Shown here: piece after piece, positions 49,425 to 59,451 of the stretch | Position numbering within the stretch: the stretch's first letter is position 1 | Layout: each line of letters opens with the position of its first letter | Assembly (NCBI GenBank): GCA_038145405.1 | Contig: JAYQPQ010000003.1 | Location: 1 to 59,451, forward strand | DNA length: 59,451 bases | From: Porticoccaceae bacterium | GTDB lineage: Bacteria > Pseudomonadota > Gammaproteobacteria > Pseudomonadales > GM7GCV1 | Reading direction: 5' to 3' | Translations under genes and position numbers: made by a program | The notes under the pieces: model-generated | Told to the model about the DNA's origin: nothing | The model's database searches: none | What the model saw: only the letters and a program-made list of their open reading frames with translations

Positions 49425-49594
49425 GGACTTCAGAACGACCAGCGGGAATTTGGGGGCGCCATTGTACCCAAGGCAGGGGCTCGAGTTGGCACTGATGTTC
49501 GACCTATTTCGGCGTCGGGGATTTCGTCGGGAGCCGCTGTTTTGCTTGACCTAGAAGCCCTTTGGGCTCAATCTTCTTTTTATTCCATAACTGA

Positions 49595-50578
<984 letters not shown>

Positions 50579-50579
50579 C

Positions 50580-50605
50580 AGGCGGGTAATCTGCCGCCTT
50601 TTTTC
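50580..50605 (+). terminator. Intrinsic terminator after cysB
   Basis: AGGCGG-(8-nt loop)-CCGCCT followed by a T-run at 50599-50604. Confidence 0.6.
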
Positions 50606-50624
50606 TGCAGGGGAGTAATAGCAC

Positions 50625-51242
50625 GTGGAAATAGCCTGTCTCGACCTCGAAGGGGTGTTGCTGCCGGAAATCTGGGTGGAGTTTGCCGAGAAGGTGGGTG
50701 TCGAGGAACTCAAGGCCACCACGCGCGATGTGCCCAACTACGACCAGCTGATGCGCATGCGACTCGGACTGCTCGATCAGCACGGCTACGGCGTCAATGA
50801 AATTCGTGAAGTGATTGCCACCCTGTCGCCACTGCCGGGCGCCCCGGAATTTCTCAACTGGCTGCGCGAGCGCTTTCAGGTGGTCATTCTCTCCGACACC
50901 TTCTACCAATTTGTGGCGCCGCTGATGGCCCAGCTGGGCCATCCGACCTTGCTTTGTCACAACCTGGAAATCGATGAGCGCGGCCGCGTGGTGAATTACC
51001 ACCTGCGCCAGAAGGATCCCAAGCGCCAGGCTGTCATCGCGCTCAAGAGTCTCTACTACCGTGTGATTGCCGCTGGCGATTCCTACAACGACACCAGCAT
51101 GCTGGAAGAAGCCCACGCCGGCATTTTCTTCCGCGCGCCCAAGCGTGTGACGGAAGAGTTTCCCCAGTATCCGGCAGTGGAAACCTATGAGGATTTCCGC
51201 AAGGCTTTTATCAAAGCCAGCAACCGAAAGCTGACGCTCTAG
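50625..51242 (+). CDS. thrH: Phosphoserine phosphatase / homoserine phosphotransferase ThrH
   Basis: GTG start. MEIACLDLEGVLLPEIWVEFAEKVGVEELKATTRDVPNYDQLMRMRL closely mirrors P. aeruginosa ThrH. The cysB...thrH-pabB neighbourhood also matches Pseudomonas. Confidence 0.88.
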   Translation: MEIACLDLEGVLLPEIWVEFAEKVGVEELKATTRDVPNYDQLMRMRLGLLDQHGYGVNEIREVIATLSPLPGAPEFLNWLRERFQVVILSDTFYQFVAPLMAQLGHPTLLCHNLEIDERGRVVNYHLRQKDPKRQAVIALKSLYYRVIAAGDSYNDTSMLEEAHAGIFFRAPKRVTEEFPQYPAVETYEDFRKAFIKASNRKLTL

Positions 51243-51246
51243 CCAA

Positions 51247-51424
51247 TTCAAAAACTACTACGCCCACGCTTAGCAATAGTCGGCGGTGCTCGAAATGCTC
51301 GAGTACTGGCGTGTATGACTGCCATGGAGGGCAGAAGTGCAGAGATTGCAGGAGCAAATCTCTGCCGCTCCGCTTTCTGCGCTCCGGCGACTGCCACTAA
51401 CCCTGTGATCGCTACGTTTTTGAA
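51247..51424. repeat. 178-bp intergenic element bounded by inverted repeats, containing two perfect hairpins
   Basis: TTCAAAAAC at 51247-51255 pairs with GTTTTTGAA at 51416-51424. There is further imperfect symmetry (TAGCAAT..AGTCGGCGG versus CCGGCGACT..ATCGCTA). The hairpins are CTGCC-ATGGAG-GGCAG (51319-34) and GCAGAGATT-GCAGGAGCA-AATCTCTGC (51339-65). Confidence 0.4.
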
Positions 51425-51438
51425 ATGGCTAGTTAACT

Positions 51439-52857
51439 CTAAAGAAATAGCTCTTCGAGCCGCTGCATCAGGGGACGCACCTTATCGAGCGTCTCCTGAT
51501 ATTCCTCCTTGGCTTGAGAATCGGCGGTAATACCTCCGCCACCCCAACAGTGCAGCTGGCTCTCGGTTGCGACCAGGGTGCGAATGGCAATGCTCGAGTC
51601 CATCGTTCCGCAACGGCTCCAGTAAAAAATTGACCCGCAATAGAGGCTGCGCTGGATCGGCTCCAGCTCGGCGATGATCTGCATGGCGCGCCGCTTGGGA
51701 GCGCCGGTGATGGAGCCGCCCGGCAGGCAGTGGTGCAGGAGGTCCGGTACATCCTGGCCGGCAGCCAGCTCGCCTCTCACCTCGCTGACCAGATGATGCA
51801 CGGTGGGAAAGCTCTGCAGTTCAAAGAGTCTGGGCGCCTCGACGCTGCCAGGTCGGCAGACGCGACTGAGATCGTTGCGCATCAGATCCACGATCATCAG
51901 ATTTTCCGCATGATCCTTGAGGCTGTCGCGCAAGCGCTCGCGATTGGCCCGGTCCTGGTGCGGATCGGCGTGGCGCGGCGTCGTGCCCTTGATGGGAAAG
52001 CTGTGTACCTGACTCTGGCGCAGCTGCAGAAAGCGTTCCGGCGATAGCGACAGCACGGCACCCGTCGGCTGTTCCATAAAGGCCGCCAGGGGTGTCGGCG
52101 AAAGTTGGCGCAATGCCAGATAGGCGGCGAACGGGTCGCCCGCAAAGCCAGCGCAGAAATGCTGGGCGTAATTCACCTGGTAGCAATCGCCAGCCTGGAT
52201 GTAGGTGCGAATGCGTTCGATATGCTCGAGAAAATCCGGCTTGGTGGTCGAGGCGCGAAAGGCACCGGCCAGTTGAAAGGCGCCGGTCAGCGGAACGTTG
52301 CCGCTGGTGGACTGTGCCCTTGCCAGACGCTGGCGAATAGCCTTTTTCAGCGCGTCGTCGGCCTGTGGGTGAAAGACCAGCCAGGCTTGCCGGCTGGGGT
52401 GATGCTGCACCAGTGCCCAGCTGTAGAGGCCGACCTGGATTAGCGGCAGCAGGGGTGTCCTGGGTAAATCCAGTCCGTGCCAGCCGTGATTGGCTTCGTA
52501 ACTGATGGTGCCGATGCAGCCGCCTAGAAATGGAATCTGCGCCTGCGCTGGCAGAGGCGACAAGGCCGATTGCAGTTTGCCCAGTTGGCTGAAGTCGAAG
52601 GCGGCTGCGCCGTCCCAGGTCAATTGCGCCAGCGGCGCGGCACTGATGAGGTCGAATGCACCGGCGCTGACTGACCCCGCGCCGGAATCCAGCCACACTG
52701 GCAGGGGTAGATCGCGCACCGCAGCGTAATAGGCCGAGGCATCCGCCCGATAGAGGATGAGGTCGATTTGAGGTGTGCTGGAAGGAGTGTTATTGGCCAA
52801 GGGTGACGCGTGCGGTCTAGCGCCACTTGGCCATGGCCTGCATGACCCGCTCGGCAT
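51439..52857 (-). CDS. pabB: Aminodeoxychorismate synthase component I
   Basis: GDCYQVNYAQHF, LSLSPERFL, PIKGTTPR, AENLMIVDLMRND, PGGSITGAPK and GGGITADS are present. The maximal ORF (ATG 52857) overlaps the upstream gene by 41 nt. TTG 52800 would give 453 aa and an E. coli-like N-terminus with no overlap. Confidence 0.85.
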   Translation of the reverse strand: MPSGSCRPWPSGARPHASPLANNTPSSTPQIDLILYRADASAYYAAVRDLPLPVWLDSGAGSVSAGAFDLISAAPLAQLTWDGAAAFDFSQLGKLQSALSPLPAQAQIPFLGGCIGTISYEANHGWHGLDLPRTPLLPLIQVGLYSWALVQHHPSRQAWLVFHPQADDALKKAIRQRLARAQSTSGNVPLTGAFQLAGAFRASTTKPDFLEHIERIRTYIQAGDCYQVNYAQHFCAGFAGDPFAAYLALRQLSPTPLAAFMEQPTGAVLSLSPERFLQLRQSQVHSFPIKGTTPRHADPHQDRANRERLRDSLKDHAENLMIVDLMRNDLSRVCRPGSVEAPRLFELQSFPTVHHLVSEVRGELAAGQDVPDLLHHCLPGGSITGAPKRRAMQIIAELEPIQRSLYCGSIFYWSRCGTMDSSIAIRTLVATESQLHCWGGGGITADSQAKEEYQETLDKVRPLMQRLEELFL

Positions 52858-53377
52858 ACCAGGTCTGGCCGTAGCTGCCGTTGTAGCGCGCCAGGGCGGC
52901 GTCCAGATCGCCCGACTCCATATCCCGGTAATAGGCCAGGATGGTGCAGCCGTAGCGCAGGTTGGTGCGCCAGTCGATCAGGTTGTCCTCGGGCCGTCCC
53001 AGTTCGTTTTTCCAGAAAGCCATGACCTGCATCAGGCCCTGGGCGCCAGCGCGCGATACTGCATAGGGGTCGAAGCGCGATTCGACCTCGATCACCGCCA
53101 GCACCAGTTCGGCCGACAGTCCGGTGCGGTTGGCCTCTTCGTGAATCATGTGCAGCAATGCGAGGCGCTCGGTCTCGTCGGCAACAAAGTCGCGCAGACG
53201 CGAATCCTTGGCGACCAGCCAGACCTGAGCATCCCAATCGTCTTCGGCGACGGCACCGGCCGTGACGGCATCGACCAGGGCCGAGCGCAACTCCGCGGTT
53301 AGTTCTGTCGGTTCGATAGCCGACAGCGGGCTGCTTGCCAGCAGGCTAAGCAGCGATGCGTTGAGCCAGGCTCGCAA
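52817..53377 (-). CDS. Soluble lytic transglycosylase-domain (SLT, family 1) protein
   Basis: Signal peptide [20 protein letters not shown]. The catalytic block is [29 protein letters not shown], followed by YNGSYG. The TTG start overlaps the proS end by 32 nt. Confidence 0.83.
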   Translation of the reverse strand: MRAWLNASLLSLLASSPLSAIEPTELTAELRSALVDAVTAGAVAEDDWDAQVWLVAKDSRLRDFVADETERLALLHMIHEEANRTGLSAELVLAVIEVESRFDPYAVSRAGAQGLMQVMAFWKNELGRPEDNLIDWRTNLRYGCTILAYYRDMESGDLDAALARYNGSYGQTWYAERVMQAMAKWR

Positions 53378-55061
53378 GCAGGTTCTCCAGCGGCAGGTCT
53401 TCGTTGGCTTCGGCGCGGCGCGCGCGGTATTCCACAGTGCTTTTTTCCAGACCGCGGTCGCCCACCACCAGACGATGGGGAATGCCGATCAGTTCGGCGT
53501 CGGCCAGCATGGAGCCGAGGCGGGCGCGATCGTCGTCAAAATAGAGCACCTGATAACCGGCCTCGGTCAGTTCGGCGTAGAGCTTGGCGCAGGTGGCGGC
53601 GACGGCTTCAGACTTGGCCTTGTTGATGGGCACCAGGGCGATATCGAAAGGGGCCATGGATTCCGGCCAGATGATGCCGCGCTCGTCATGATTCTGCTCG
53701 ATGGCGGCGCCGACAATGCGGCTGACGCCGATGCCGTAGCAGCCCATGGTCATGATCTTTTCCTTGCCGCTCTCGTCCAGCACGCTGGCCTTGAGCGCCT
53801 CGCTGTACTTGGTGCCGAGCTGGAAGATGTGGCCGACTTCGATGCCGCGCTTGATCAGCAGCTTGCCCTGGCCGTCCGGGCTGGGGTCGCCATCCGCCAC
53901 GTTGCGGATATCCGCGACTTCGCCGAGCGGCAGATCGCGCTCCCAGTTGACGCCGGTCAGGTGGTAGCCATCCTTGTTGGCGCCACAGGTGAAATCGGCT
54001 AGCTGGGCCGCAGTGCGGTCGACGTAGACCTTGATGTCCAGGCCGCGCGGCCCCAGTGAACCCGGCTTGCAGCCCAGGCGGCGTTGAATGGCGTCGGCGC
54101 CGGCCATGCGCAGCGGACTGGCGATTCCGGGCAGTTTTTCGGCCTTGGTAGCGTTGAGTTCGTGATCGCCGCGCAGCACCAGAGCAACCAGGCTATCGGG
54201 CTTGTCTCCCTCGACCACCAGGGTTTTCAGGGTCTGCTCGGGTTGCACGCCCAATTGTTTGCAGACTTCGTCGATGCTGCGGGCATTGGGCGTGGCCACG
54301 TCCTGCAGGGCCTGTCGTGGCGCCGCGCGCTTTGCCAGTAGAGGCAGGGCTTCGGCCAGTTCGACATTGGCGGCGTACTGGCTGGTGTCGCTGAAGGCGA
54401 TGGCGTCTTCGCCTGAGGAGGCCAGCACGTGGAATTCGTGCGAATGGCTACCGCCGATGGCGCCGGTATCGGCCAGCACCGGTCGGAAATCCAGACCCAG
54501 GCGCGTGAAGATGCGGTTGTAGGCGTCGTACATGGCGTCGTAAGTTTGCTGTAGCGAGGCAGCGTCCAGATGAAAGGAGTAGGCGTCCTTCATAATGAAT
54601 TCGCGCGCGCGCATAACACCGAAGCGGGGCCGGAACTCGTCGCGGAACTTGGTCTGAATCTGGTAGAAGTTGATCGGCAATTGGCGGTAGCTGGTCAGCT
54701 CGTTGCGGGCGATGTCGGTAATGACCTCCTCGTGCGTCGGGCCGAAGACGAAGTCGCGCTCGTGGCGATCCTGCATGTGAATCATGAGCGGGCCCATGCC
54801 GTCCCAGCGACCGCTTTCCTGCCAGAGTTCCGCCGGCTGCACACAGGGCATCAGCACTTCCTGCGCACCGGCCCGGTTCATTTCCTCGCGCACGATGCTT
54901 TCCACCCGGCGCAATACGCGCAGCCCCAAGGGCAGCCAGCTGTATAGGCCGGAAGCCAGGCGCCGGATCAGTCCCGCCCGCAGCATCAGCTGGTGGCTGA
55001 CGATCTCGGCATCCGCCGGCGTTTCCTTAACTGTGGAAATCAAGAACTGGGTAGCGCGCAT
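53346..55061 (-). CDS. proS: Prolyl-tRNA synthetase
   Basis: ATG 55061 is preceded by [52 protein letters not shown], class II motifs and an INS editing domain are present. Confidence 0.95.
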   Translation of the reverse strand: MRATQFLISTVKETPADAEIVSHQLMLRAGLIRRLASGLYSWLPLGLRVLRRVESIVREEMNRAGAQEVLMPCVQPAELWQESGRWDGMGPLMIHMQDRHERDFVFGPTHEEVITDIARNELTSYRQLPINFYQIQTKFRDEFRPRFGVMRAREFIMKDAYSFHLDAASLQQTYDAMYDAYNRIFTRLGLDFRPVLADTGAIGGSHSHEFHVLASSGEDAIAFSDTSQYAANVELAEALPLLAKRAAPRQALQDVATPNARSIDEVCKQLGVQPEQTLKTLVVEGDKPDSLVALVLRGDHELNATKAEKLPGIASPLRMAGADAIQRRLGCKPGSLGPRGLDIKVYVDRTAAQLADFTCGANKDGYHLTGVNWERDLPLGEVADIRNVADGDPSPDGQGKLLIKRGIEVGHIFQLGTKYSEALKASVLDESGKEKIMTMGCYGIGVSRIVGAAIEQNHDERGIIWPESMAPFDIALVPINKAKSEAVAATCAKLYAELTEAGYQVLYFDDDRARLGSMLADAELIGIPHRLVVGDRGLEKSTVEYRARRAEANEDLPLENLLASLAQRIAA

Positions 55062-55105
55062 GGAGTCTCCTGGGAATCCGCAAAGCGACAAAGGGGGAAA
55101 GAGGG

Positions 55106-56428
55106 TTAGCGACTGAGCAGCTTGGAGAAAAAGCCCTTGCGCTTATTATTGTTCTTTTCCTCCAGGGCATGGTACTCCTCCTGAATCTTGGTCATATCCA
55201 GATCCAGAGAAGTGGAGGAAAGGTCGCGTGCGACACCGGACACGCGCTCGCCGGCCTCGTTGTCGGCCAGATTGACGATGCGCTTGTGCTTGAGCAGGGC
55301 GCCGAACTCATCGGCGACCACCAACACCTTGGGTTTCAGGCGCTGCTTCTTGTCGTGATCGACAAACACGCCCATTTCTCCGGAGTCCAGCAGTACTAGC
55401 GTGCCCATGGGGTAGGTGCCTACCGCCTCGATAAACTGCACCGCCAGTTCGTCCTGGAAGGCGCGGCCGCGCTGACTGTAGATATAGGCGGCTGCTTCGG
55501 AAGGCGACATGGCCGGCCGATCCTTGCGTACCGGATAGAGCAGCAGGTCGTAGGCAATGGCAATGGTGGCAATGCGAGCAAGCAAGGGAATCTGTTCGCC
55601 GACCAGGCCGCGGGGCTTGCCCGTGCCATTAAATTTTTCGCGGTAATTCTCGATGATCGCCAGCACTTTCTCGTTTTGGGTCGAGCCCTTGACCAGCGCC
55701 ACGCTCTTGGCAATGGCGATTTCCTCGCGGCTCTTGCCCGACAGGCTGGCATCACTGAGATCGCTCTGGCTGGCCAACTGACCGACGTCCTTCATCAAAA
55801 TGCCCAGGGTCAACCACTTGAGGTCGACCTCTTCCAGGCCGATATGGCGTCCGCACAGCAGCGCCCAGGTGGAGGCGCGCAGGGCGTGGTTGTAGACCTT
55901 GTCGTTGTGCTTCTGCATCAGCGCCAGCCAGGACAGCGCTGAGGGATAGCGTATGGCGCTCGACACCAGGGTGGAGGAGGTCTTGCCGATGTTCTTGGGA
56001 TCGACAGAAGAGCTCGATTGCACGCCTTCGAACAGGTTGCCGATAGACTGCTGTACGCTCTGGTAGGACTCGCGCGCCAGGGCCACGCGATTGGCGGTCA
56101 TGGCGGGGCGGGCGCCGCACTTCTCGTGGTTGGCCGGCAGCGGTTTGCTGGAGGCCTGCACCGGATCCTTCGAATCGGTGCGGCCGAAGCGCACGCTGGG
56201 CTTGGCAAACTTGCCATCGGCGTCGACCGTGATGGAGCGGGCGCTATCGATGTAGATGAATTCGCAGATTTCCTTGATTTTCTCCAGCACCTTGGGTGAG
56301 GTGATGCTGAATCCCTGCATGAGGAAGGGCGACTCGGTCCAGGGGCGATCCAAAGGCGATACCAACATGCCCATCTTGAGTTCGTGGGCCATGATTTTGA
56401 CCTGTTTGAGCTCGACTGCCTGAGCCAC
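55106..56428 (-). CDS. DUF3391-type N-terminal domain plus HD-GYP-like domain with substituted catalytic motifs
   Basis: GTG 56428 is preceded by GAAGGAAG with 6-nt spacing. The N-terminus [25 protein letters not shown] is typical of HD-GYP proteins. The C-terminal half follows the HD-GYP scaffold ([33 protein letters not shown]). However, it reads LMKDVGQ where LHDIGK is expected and [14 protein letters not shown] where HHE.WDGSGYP.GL is expected. Confidence 0.8.
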   Translation of the reverse strand: MAQAVELKQVKIMAHELKMGMLVSPLDRPWTESPFLMQGFSITSPKVLEKIKEICEFIYIDSARSITVDADGKFAKPSVRFGRTDSKDPVQASSKPLPANHEKCGARPAMTANRVALARESYQSVQQSIGNLFEGVQSSSSVDPKNIGKTSSTLVSSAIRYPSALSWLALMQKHNDKVYNHALRASTWALLCGRHIGLEEVDLKWLTLGILMKDVGQLASQSDLSDASLSGKSREEIAIAKSVALVKGSTQNEKVLAIIENYREKFNGTGKPRGLVGEQIPLLARIATIAIAYDLLLYPVRKDRPAMSPSEAAAYIYSQRGRAFQDELAVQFIEAVGTYPMGTLVLLDSGEMGVFVDHDKKQRLKPKVLVVADEFGALLKHKRIVNLADNEAGERVSGVARDLSSTSLDLDMTKIQEEYHALEEKNNNKRKGFFSKLLSR

Positions 56429-56600
56429 CTTTTGCTTCCTTCGTCCCCATGAATTGATTGGTGCGCTGGTGGTGGGAGACACCGGGTCAGCGCGACTTTT
56501 CCTATTGTAGCGGAAGCGAGAGGCGGGGAGGGTATTTGTCTTATCCTGCCCGAATCCCTGGGGTATAATCGCGCGCCTCTGAATTCTGACATGCCTATTC

Positions 56601-56915
56601 ATGCCGATTTACGAATACCGTTGCCACGCCTGCGGCCACCAGCTGGAGGCGATCCAGAAGCTGTCCGAAGCACCGCTGAAAACCTGTCCCGCCTGCGGTC
56701 AGGAGGCGTTGCAAAAGCAGCTCTCGGCCCCGGCTTTCCGCCTGAGCGGTTCGGGCTGGTACGAGACCGACTTCAAGTCGGACAAGGAAAAGCGCCGCAA
56801 CCTGAGCCAGTCCGAAGGCACTGCCAGCCCGGATAAGGCCGGGGATAGCGGCAGCAGACCCGACAAACCCAGATCTGAACCCGCACCCGCCGCTACCACA
56901 GCCAAGGCGGAGTGA
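56601..56915 (+). CDS. FmdB-family zinc-ribbon protein
   Basis: [33 protein letters not shown]...[18 protein letters not shown]. Confidence 0.85.
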   Translation: MPIYEYRCHACGHQLEAIQKLSEAPLKTCPACGQEALQKQLSAPAFRLSGSGWYETDFKSDKEKRRNLSQSEGTASPDKAGDSGSRPDKPRSEPAPAATTAKAE

Positions 56916-56938
56916 CACCCGTACTGCAAGGACATTCC

Positions 56939-58714
56939 ATGCGCACAGACTATTGCGGATCGCTCCGCACCGCCCAGATCGGTCAGCAAGTCACCCTTTG
57001 CGGGTGGGTCGATCGTCGTCGCGATCACGGCGGCGTGATATTTATCGACCTGCGCGACCGCGAAGGGGTGGTGCAGGTGGTGTTCGATCCCGATGCGGGT
57101 GATTGCTTTGCCATAGCCGACCGGGTGCGGCCGGAGTACGTGCTGCGCCTGACCGGTAAGGTGAGGGCGCGCACCGAGGCGACGCGCAATGCCAACATGC
57201 CGACCGGCGATATCGAGGTGTATGGCACCGCGCTGGAGATTCTCAACCAGGCGGCGACACCGCCCTTTCAGATGGACGAGCATGTCGCGGTGGGCGAGGA
57301 CGTGCGCCTGCGCTATCGCTATCTGGATCTGCGCCGTCCGGAGATGCAGGCCAACCTGATTATGCGTTCACGCATCAGCAGCAGCGTGCGCGCCAGTCTG
57401 GAGAAGCAGGGCTATCTCGATCTGGAAACGCCCATGCTGACCCGTGCCACCCCCGAGGGCGCGCGCGACTATCTGGTGCCGAGCCGCACGCATGCGGGCA
57501 ATTTTTTCGCCCTGCCGCAGTCGCCGCAACTGTTCAAACAATTACTGATGGTGGCCGGCTTCGACCGCTACTACCAGATCGCCCGTTGCTTCCGCGATGA
57601 GGACCTGCGCGCCGACCGCCAGCCGGAATTTACCCAGATCGATATCGAGGCCTCCTTCGTCGATGAAGAGGCCATCATGGGTACCGCCGAGCGCATGATT
57701 CGCGACATCTTTCAGGAAGTGCTGTCGGTCGATCTCGGCCAGTTTCCGCGCATGACCTGGGCCGAAGCCATGTCGCGCTTCGGTTCCGACAAGCCCGACC
57801 TGCGCAACCCGCTGGAACTGGTGGATGTGGGCGACCTGATGGCCGGCGTGGAGTTCAAGGTATTTTCCGGCCCTGCGAGCGATCCCAAAGGGCGCGTGGC
57901 AGCGCTGCGCGTACCTGGTGGCAACGAGTTGCTGAGTCGCAAGCAGATCGACGACTACACCAGTTTCGTGGCCATCTACGGCGCCAAGGGGCTGGCCTAT
58001 ATCAAGTGCAATGACATCGCCGATCTGCAAGAAGGCCTGCAGTCGCCCATCGTCAAGTTTCTGCCGGAGCCGGTGCGCCAGGCCATTATCGAGCGCCTGG
58101 GTGCGCAGAACGGCGACCTGATCTTCTTCGGTGCCGACAAAGCTAAGGTGGTCAACGAATCCCTGGGTGCGCTGCGCATCAAGCTGGGTGCCGACCTGAA
58201 TCTCTATACGCGTCCCTGGGCGCCGCTCTGGGTGGTGGATTTCCCCATGTTTGAAGAGGGTAGCGATGGCAGCCTGAGCGCCCTGCATCACCCCTTTACC
58301 AGCCCCTCGGTCGATCCCGCAAGCCTCAAGCGCAACCCGGCGGCCGCCTTGTCGCGCGCCTATGACATGGTGCTCAACGGCACCGAGGTGGGCGGAGGTT
58401 CCATCCGTATTCACGATGCCACCATGCAATCGGCGGTTTTTGAGGTGCTGGGTATCGGTCCGGATGAAGCCCGCGAAAAGTTCGGCTTTCTGCTGGACGC
58501 CCTCAAATACGGTGCACCCCCTCACGGCGGTTTGGCCTTCGGCCTGGACCGTCTGGTGATGCTGATGGTGGGTGCGACCTCGATACGCGATGTGATCGCC
58601 TTCCCCAAAACCCAGACCGCCCAGTGTCTGATGACGGACGCGCCCGGCCAGGCCGATCCCAAGGCGCTGCGCGAGCTGAATATCCAATTAAAGAAATTGG
58701 ATAAAAAAGATTAG
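56939..58714 (+). CDS. aspS: Aspartyl-tRNA synthetase
   Basis: ATG 56939 is preceded by [53 protein letters not shown] and [12 protein letters not shown] are present. Confidence 0.95.
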   Translation: MRTDYCGSLRTAQIGQQVTLCGWVDRRRDHGGVIFIDLRDREGVVQVVFDPDAGDCFAIADRVRPEYVLRLTGKVRARTEATRNANMPTGDIEVYGTALEILNQAATPPFQMDEHVAVGEDVRLRYRYLDLRRPEMQANLIMRSRISSSVRASLEKQGYLDLETPMLTRATPEGARDYLVPSRTHAGNFFALPQSPQLFKQLLMVAGFDRYYQIARCFRDEDLRADRQPEFTQIDIEASFVDEEAIMGTAERMIRDIFQEVLSVDLGQFPRMTWAEAMSRFGSDKPDLRNPLELVDVGDLMAGVEFKVFSGPASDPKGRVAALRVPGGNELLSRKQIDDYTSFVAIYGAKGLAYIKCNDIADLQEGLQSPIVKFLPEPVRQAIIERLGAQNGDLIFFGADKAKVVNESLGALRIKLGADLNLYTRPWAPLWVVDFPMFEEGSDGSLSALHHPFTSPSVDPASLKRNPAAALSRAYDMVLNGTEVGGGSIRIHDATMQSAVFEVLGIGPDEAREKFGFLLDALKYGAPPHGGLAFGLDRLVMLMVGATSIRDVIAFPKTQTAQCLMTDAPGQADPKALRELNIQLKKLDKKD

Positions 58715-58747
58715 ATAGTGAAACTAAAATATTGATATATAAGGAAA

Positions 58748-59451
58748 ATGGCGGGTCATTCCAAGTGGGCTAATATCAAGCACAAAAAGGCGGCACAGGA
58801 CGCCAAACGCGGCAAGATATTTACCAAAATTATCCGCGAGCTGACCGTAGCCGCTCGCTTCGGCGGAGGCAGCCCGGAAGACAACCCCCGCTTGCGGGCG
58901 GTGATCGACAAGGCCCTGGCGGCCAACATGAAGCGCGACACCATCGACAAGGCTATCGAACGCGGTGCCGGCAATGCCGAGGGTGAAAACTACGAAGAGG
59001 TGACTTACGAGGGTTACGCCCCCGGTGGCATCGCCGTGCTGGTGGCCTGTATGACCGACAATCGCAATCGCATCGTAGCCGAAGTGCGCCACGTGTTCAG
59101 CAAGCGCGGCGGCAACCTGGGCACCGAGGGGTCGGTGGCCTACCTCTTTACCAGGAAGGGCCAAATTACCCTGGCGCCCGTTGCCGATGAGGAGCAGGTG
59201 ATGGAGCTGGCGCTGGAATTGGGGGCTGACGATGTCCAGGCCTTCGACGACGGCTCCATGGAACTGCTCTGTGCCTATGAAGACTTCCTCGCCCTGAAAG
59301 ATGGCCTGCAGGCCGCCGGCATCGAACCGGCCAATGCCGAGATTGCCATGCTGGCAGCGCCGCGCGTGCCAGTGCCCGATGCCGACACGGCGCGCTCCAT
59401 CCTCGGATTGGTCGATCAGCTCGAGGAGTTGGACGACGTGCAGAGTGTTTA
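58748..59451 (+). CDS. yebC: YebC/PmpR-family transcriptional regulator, 3' end outside the window
   Basis: It is absent from the ORF track because no stop is reached. ATG 58748 is preceded by AAGGA. The translation [37 protein letters not shown]... is the YebC signature. The frame stays open to the window end. Confidence 0.93.
   Translation, partial: MAGHSKWANIKHKKAAQDAKRGKIFTKIIRELTVAARFGGGSPEDNPRLRAVIDKALAANMKRDTIDKAIERGAGNAEGENYEEVTYEGYAPGGIAVLVACMTDNRNRIVAEVRHVFSKRGGNLGTEGSVAYLFTRKGQITLAPVADEEQVMELALELGADDVQAFDDGSMELLCAYEDFLALKDGLQAAGIEPANAEIAMLAAPRVPVPDADTARSILGLVDQLEELDDVQSV

Noticed and set aside
51315-51530. A 71-aa plus-strand ORF across the thrH-pabB gap.
   Set aside because: It lies over the palindromic element and continues antisense into the pabB 3' end. 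It has no ribosome-binding site and no motif.

Overview
GC-rich (about 60% by eye) chromosomal window that reads as gammaproteobacterial core genome. I support 63 protein-coding genes (two cut by the window edges), tRNA-Ser(UGA), tRNA-Ala(GGC) and an SRP/4.5S RNA gene that the ORF track cannot show. Several sigma70-type promoters and intrinsic terminators are also visible. Gene order closely follows the Pseudomonas-type layout: yceD-rpmF-plsX-fabD-fabG-acpP-pabC-mltG-tmk-holB-pilZ-tatD, ftsB-ispD-ispF, pcm-nlpD, dnaX-ybaB-recR-rnd-ycgL, fadD-mlaA-rssB/rssC-like-dusA, cysB-thrH-pabB and proS...aspS-yebC. I see no transposase, integrase, phage gene, CRISPR array or recognisable defence or toxin-antitoxin module, and I found no convincing new multi-gene system. 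What deserves a second look is smaller in scale. (1) A complete E. coli-style programmed -1 frameshift signal lies inside dnaX. (2) Two intergenic elements bounded by inverted repeats (14068-14393 and 51247-51424) each carry a perfect hairpin with nearly the same 9-nt loop on unrelated stems. (3) One HD-GYP protein has substituted catalytic motifs. (4) A REC-PP2C plus STAS partner-switching pair has a receiver that appears to lack the phospho-acceptor Asp. (5) A dimeric (all-alpha) dUTPase sits at an AT-rich junction between tatD and ftsB. (6) A PLP deaminase, an Na+/alanine-family symporter and a 5'-nucleotidase are translationally coupled. (7) A secreted protein is built from an internal tandem duplication. 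(8) A 9-nt tandem array encodes an (R-D/E-N)n tract in RNase E. All functional calls rest on my recognition of translated motifs and synteny; no database search was run. Many long ORFs in the track are antisense shadows of real genes, as expected in GC-rich DNA.
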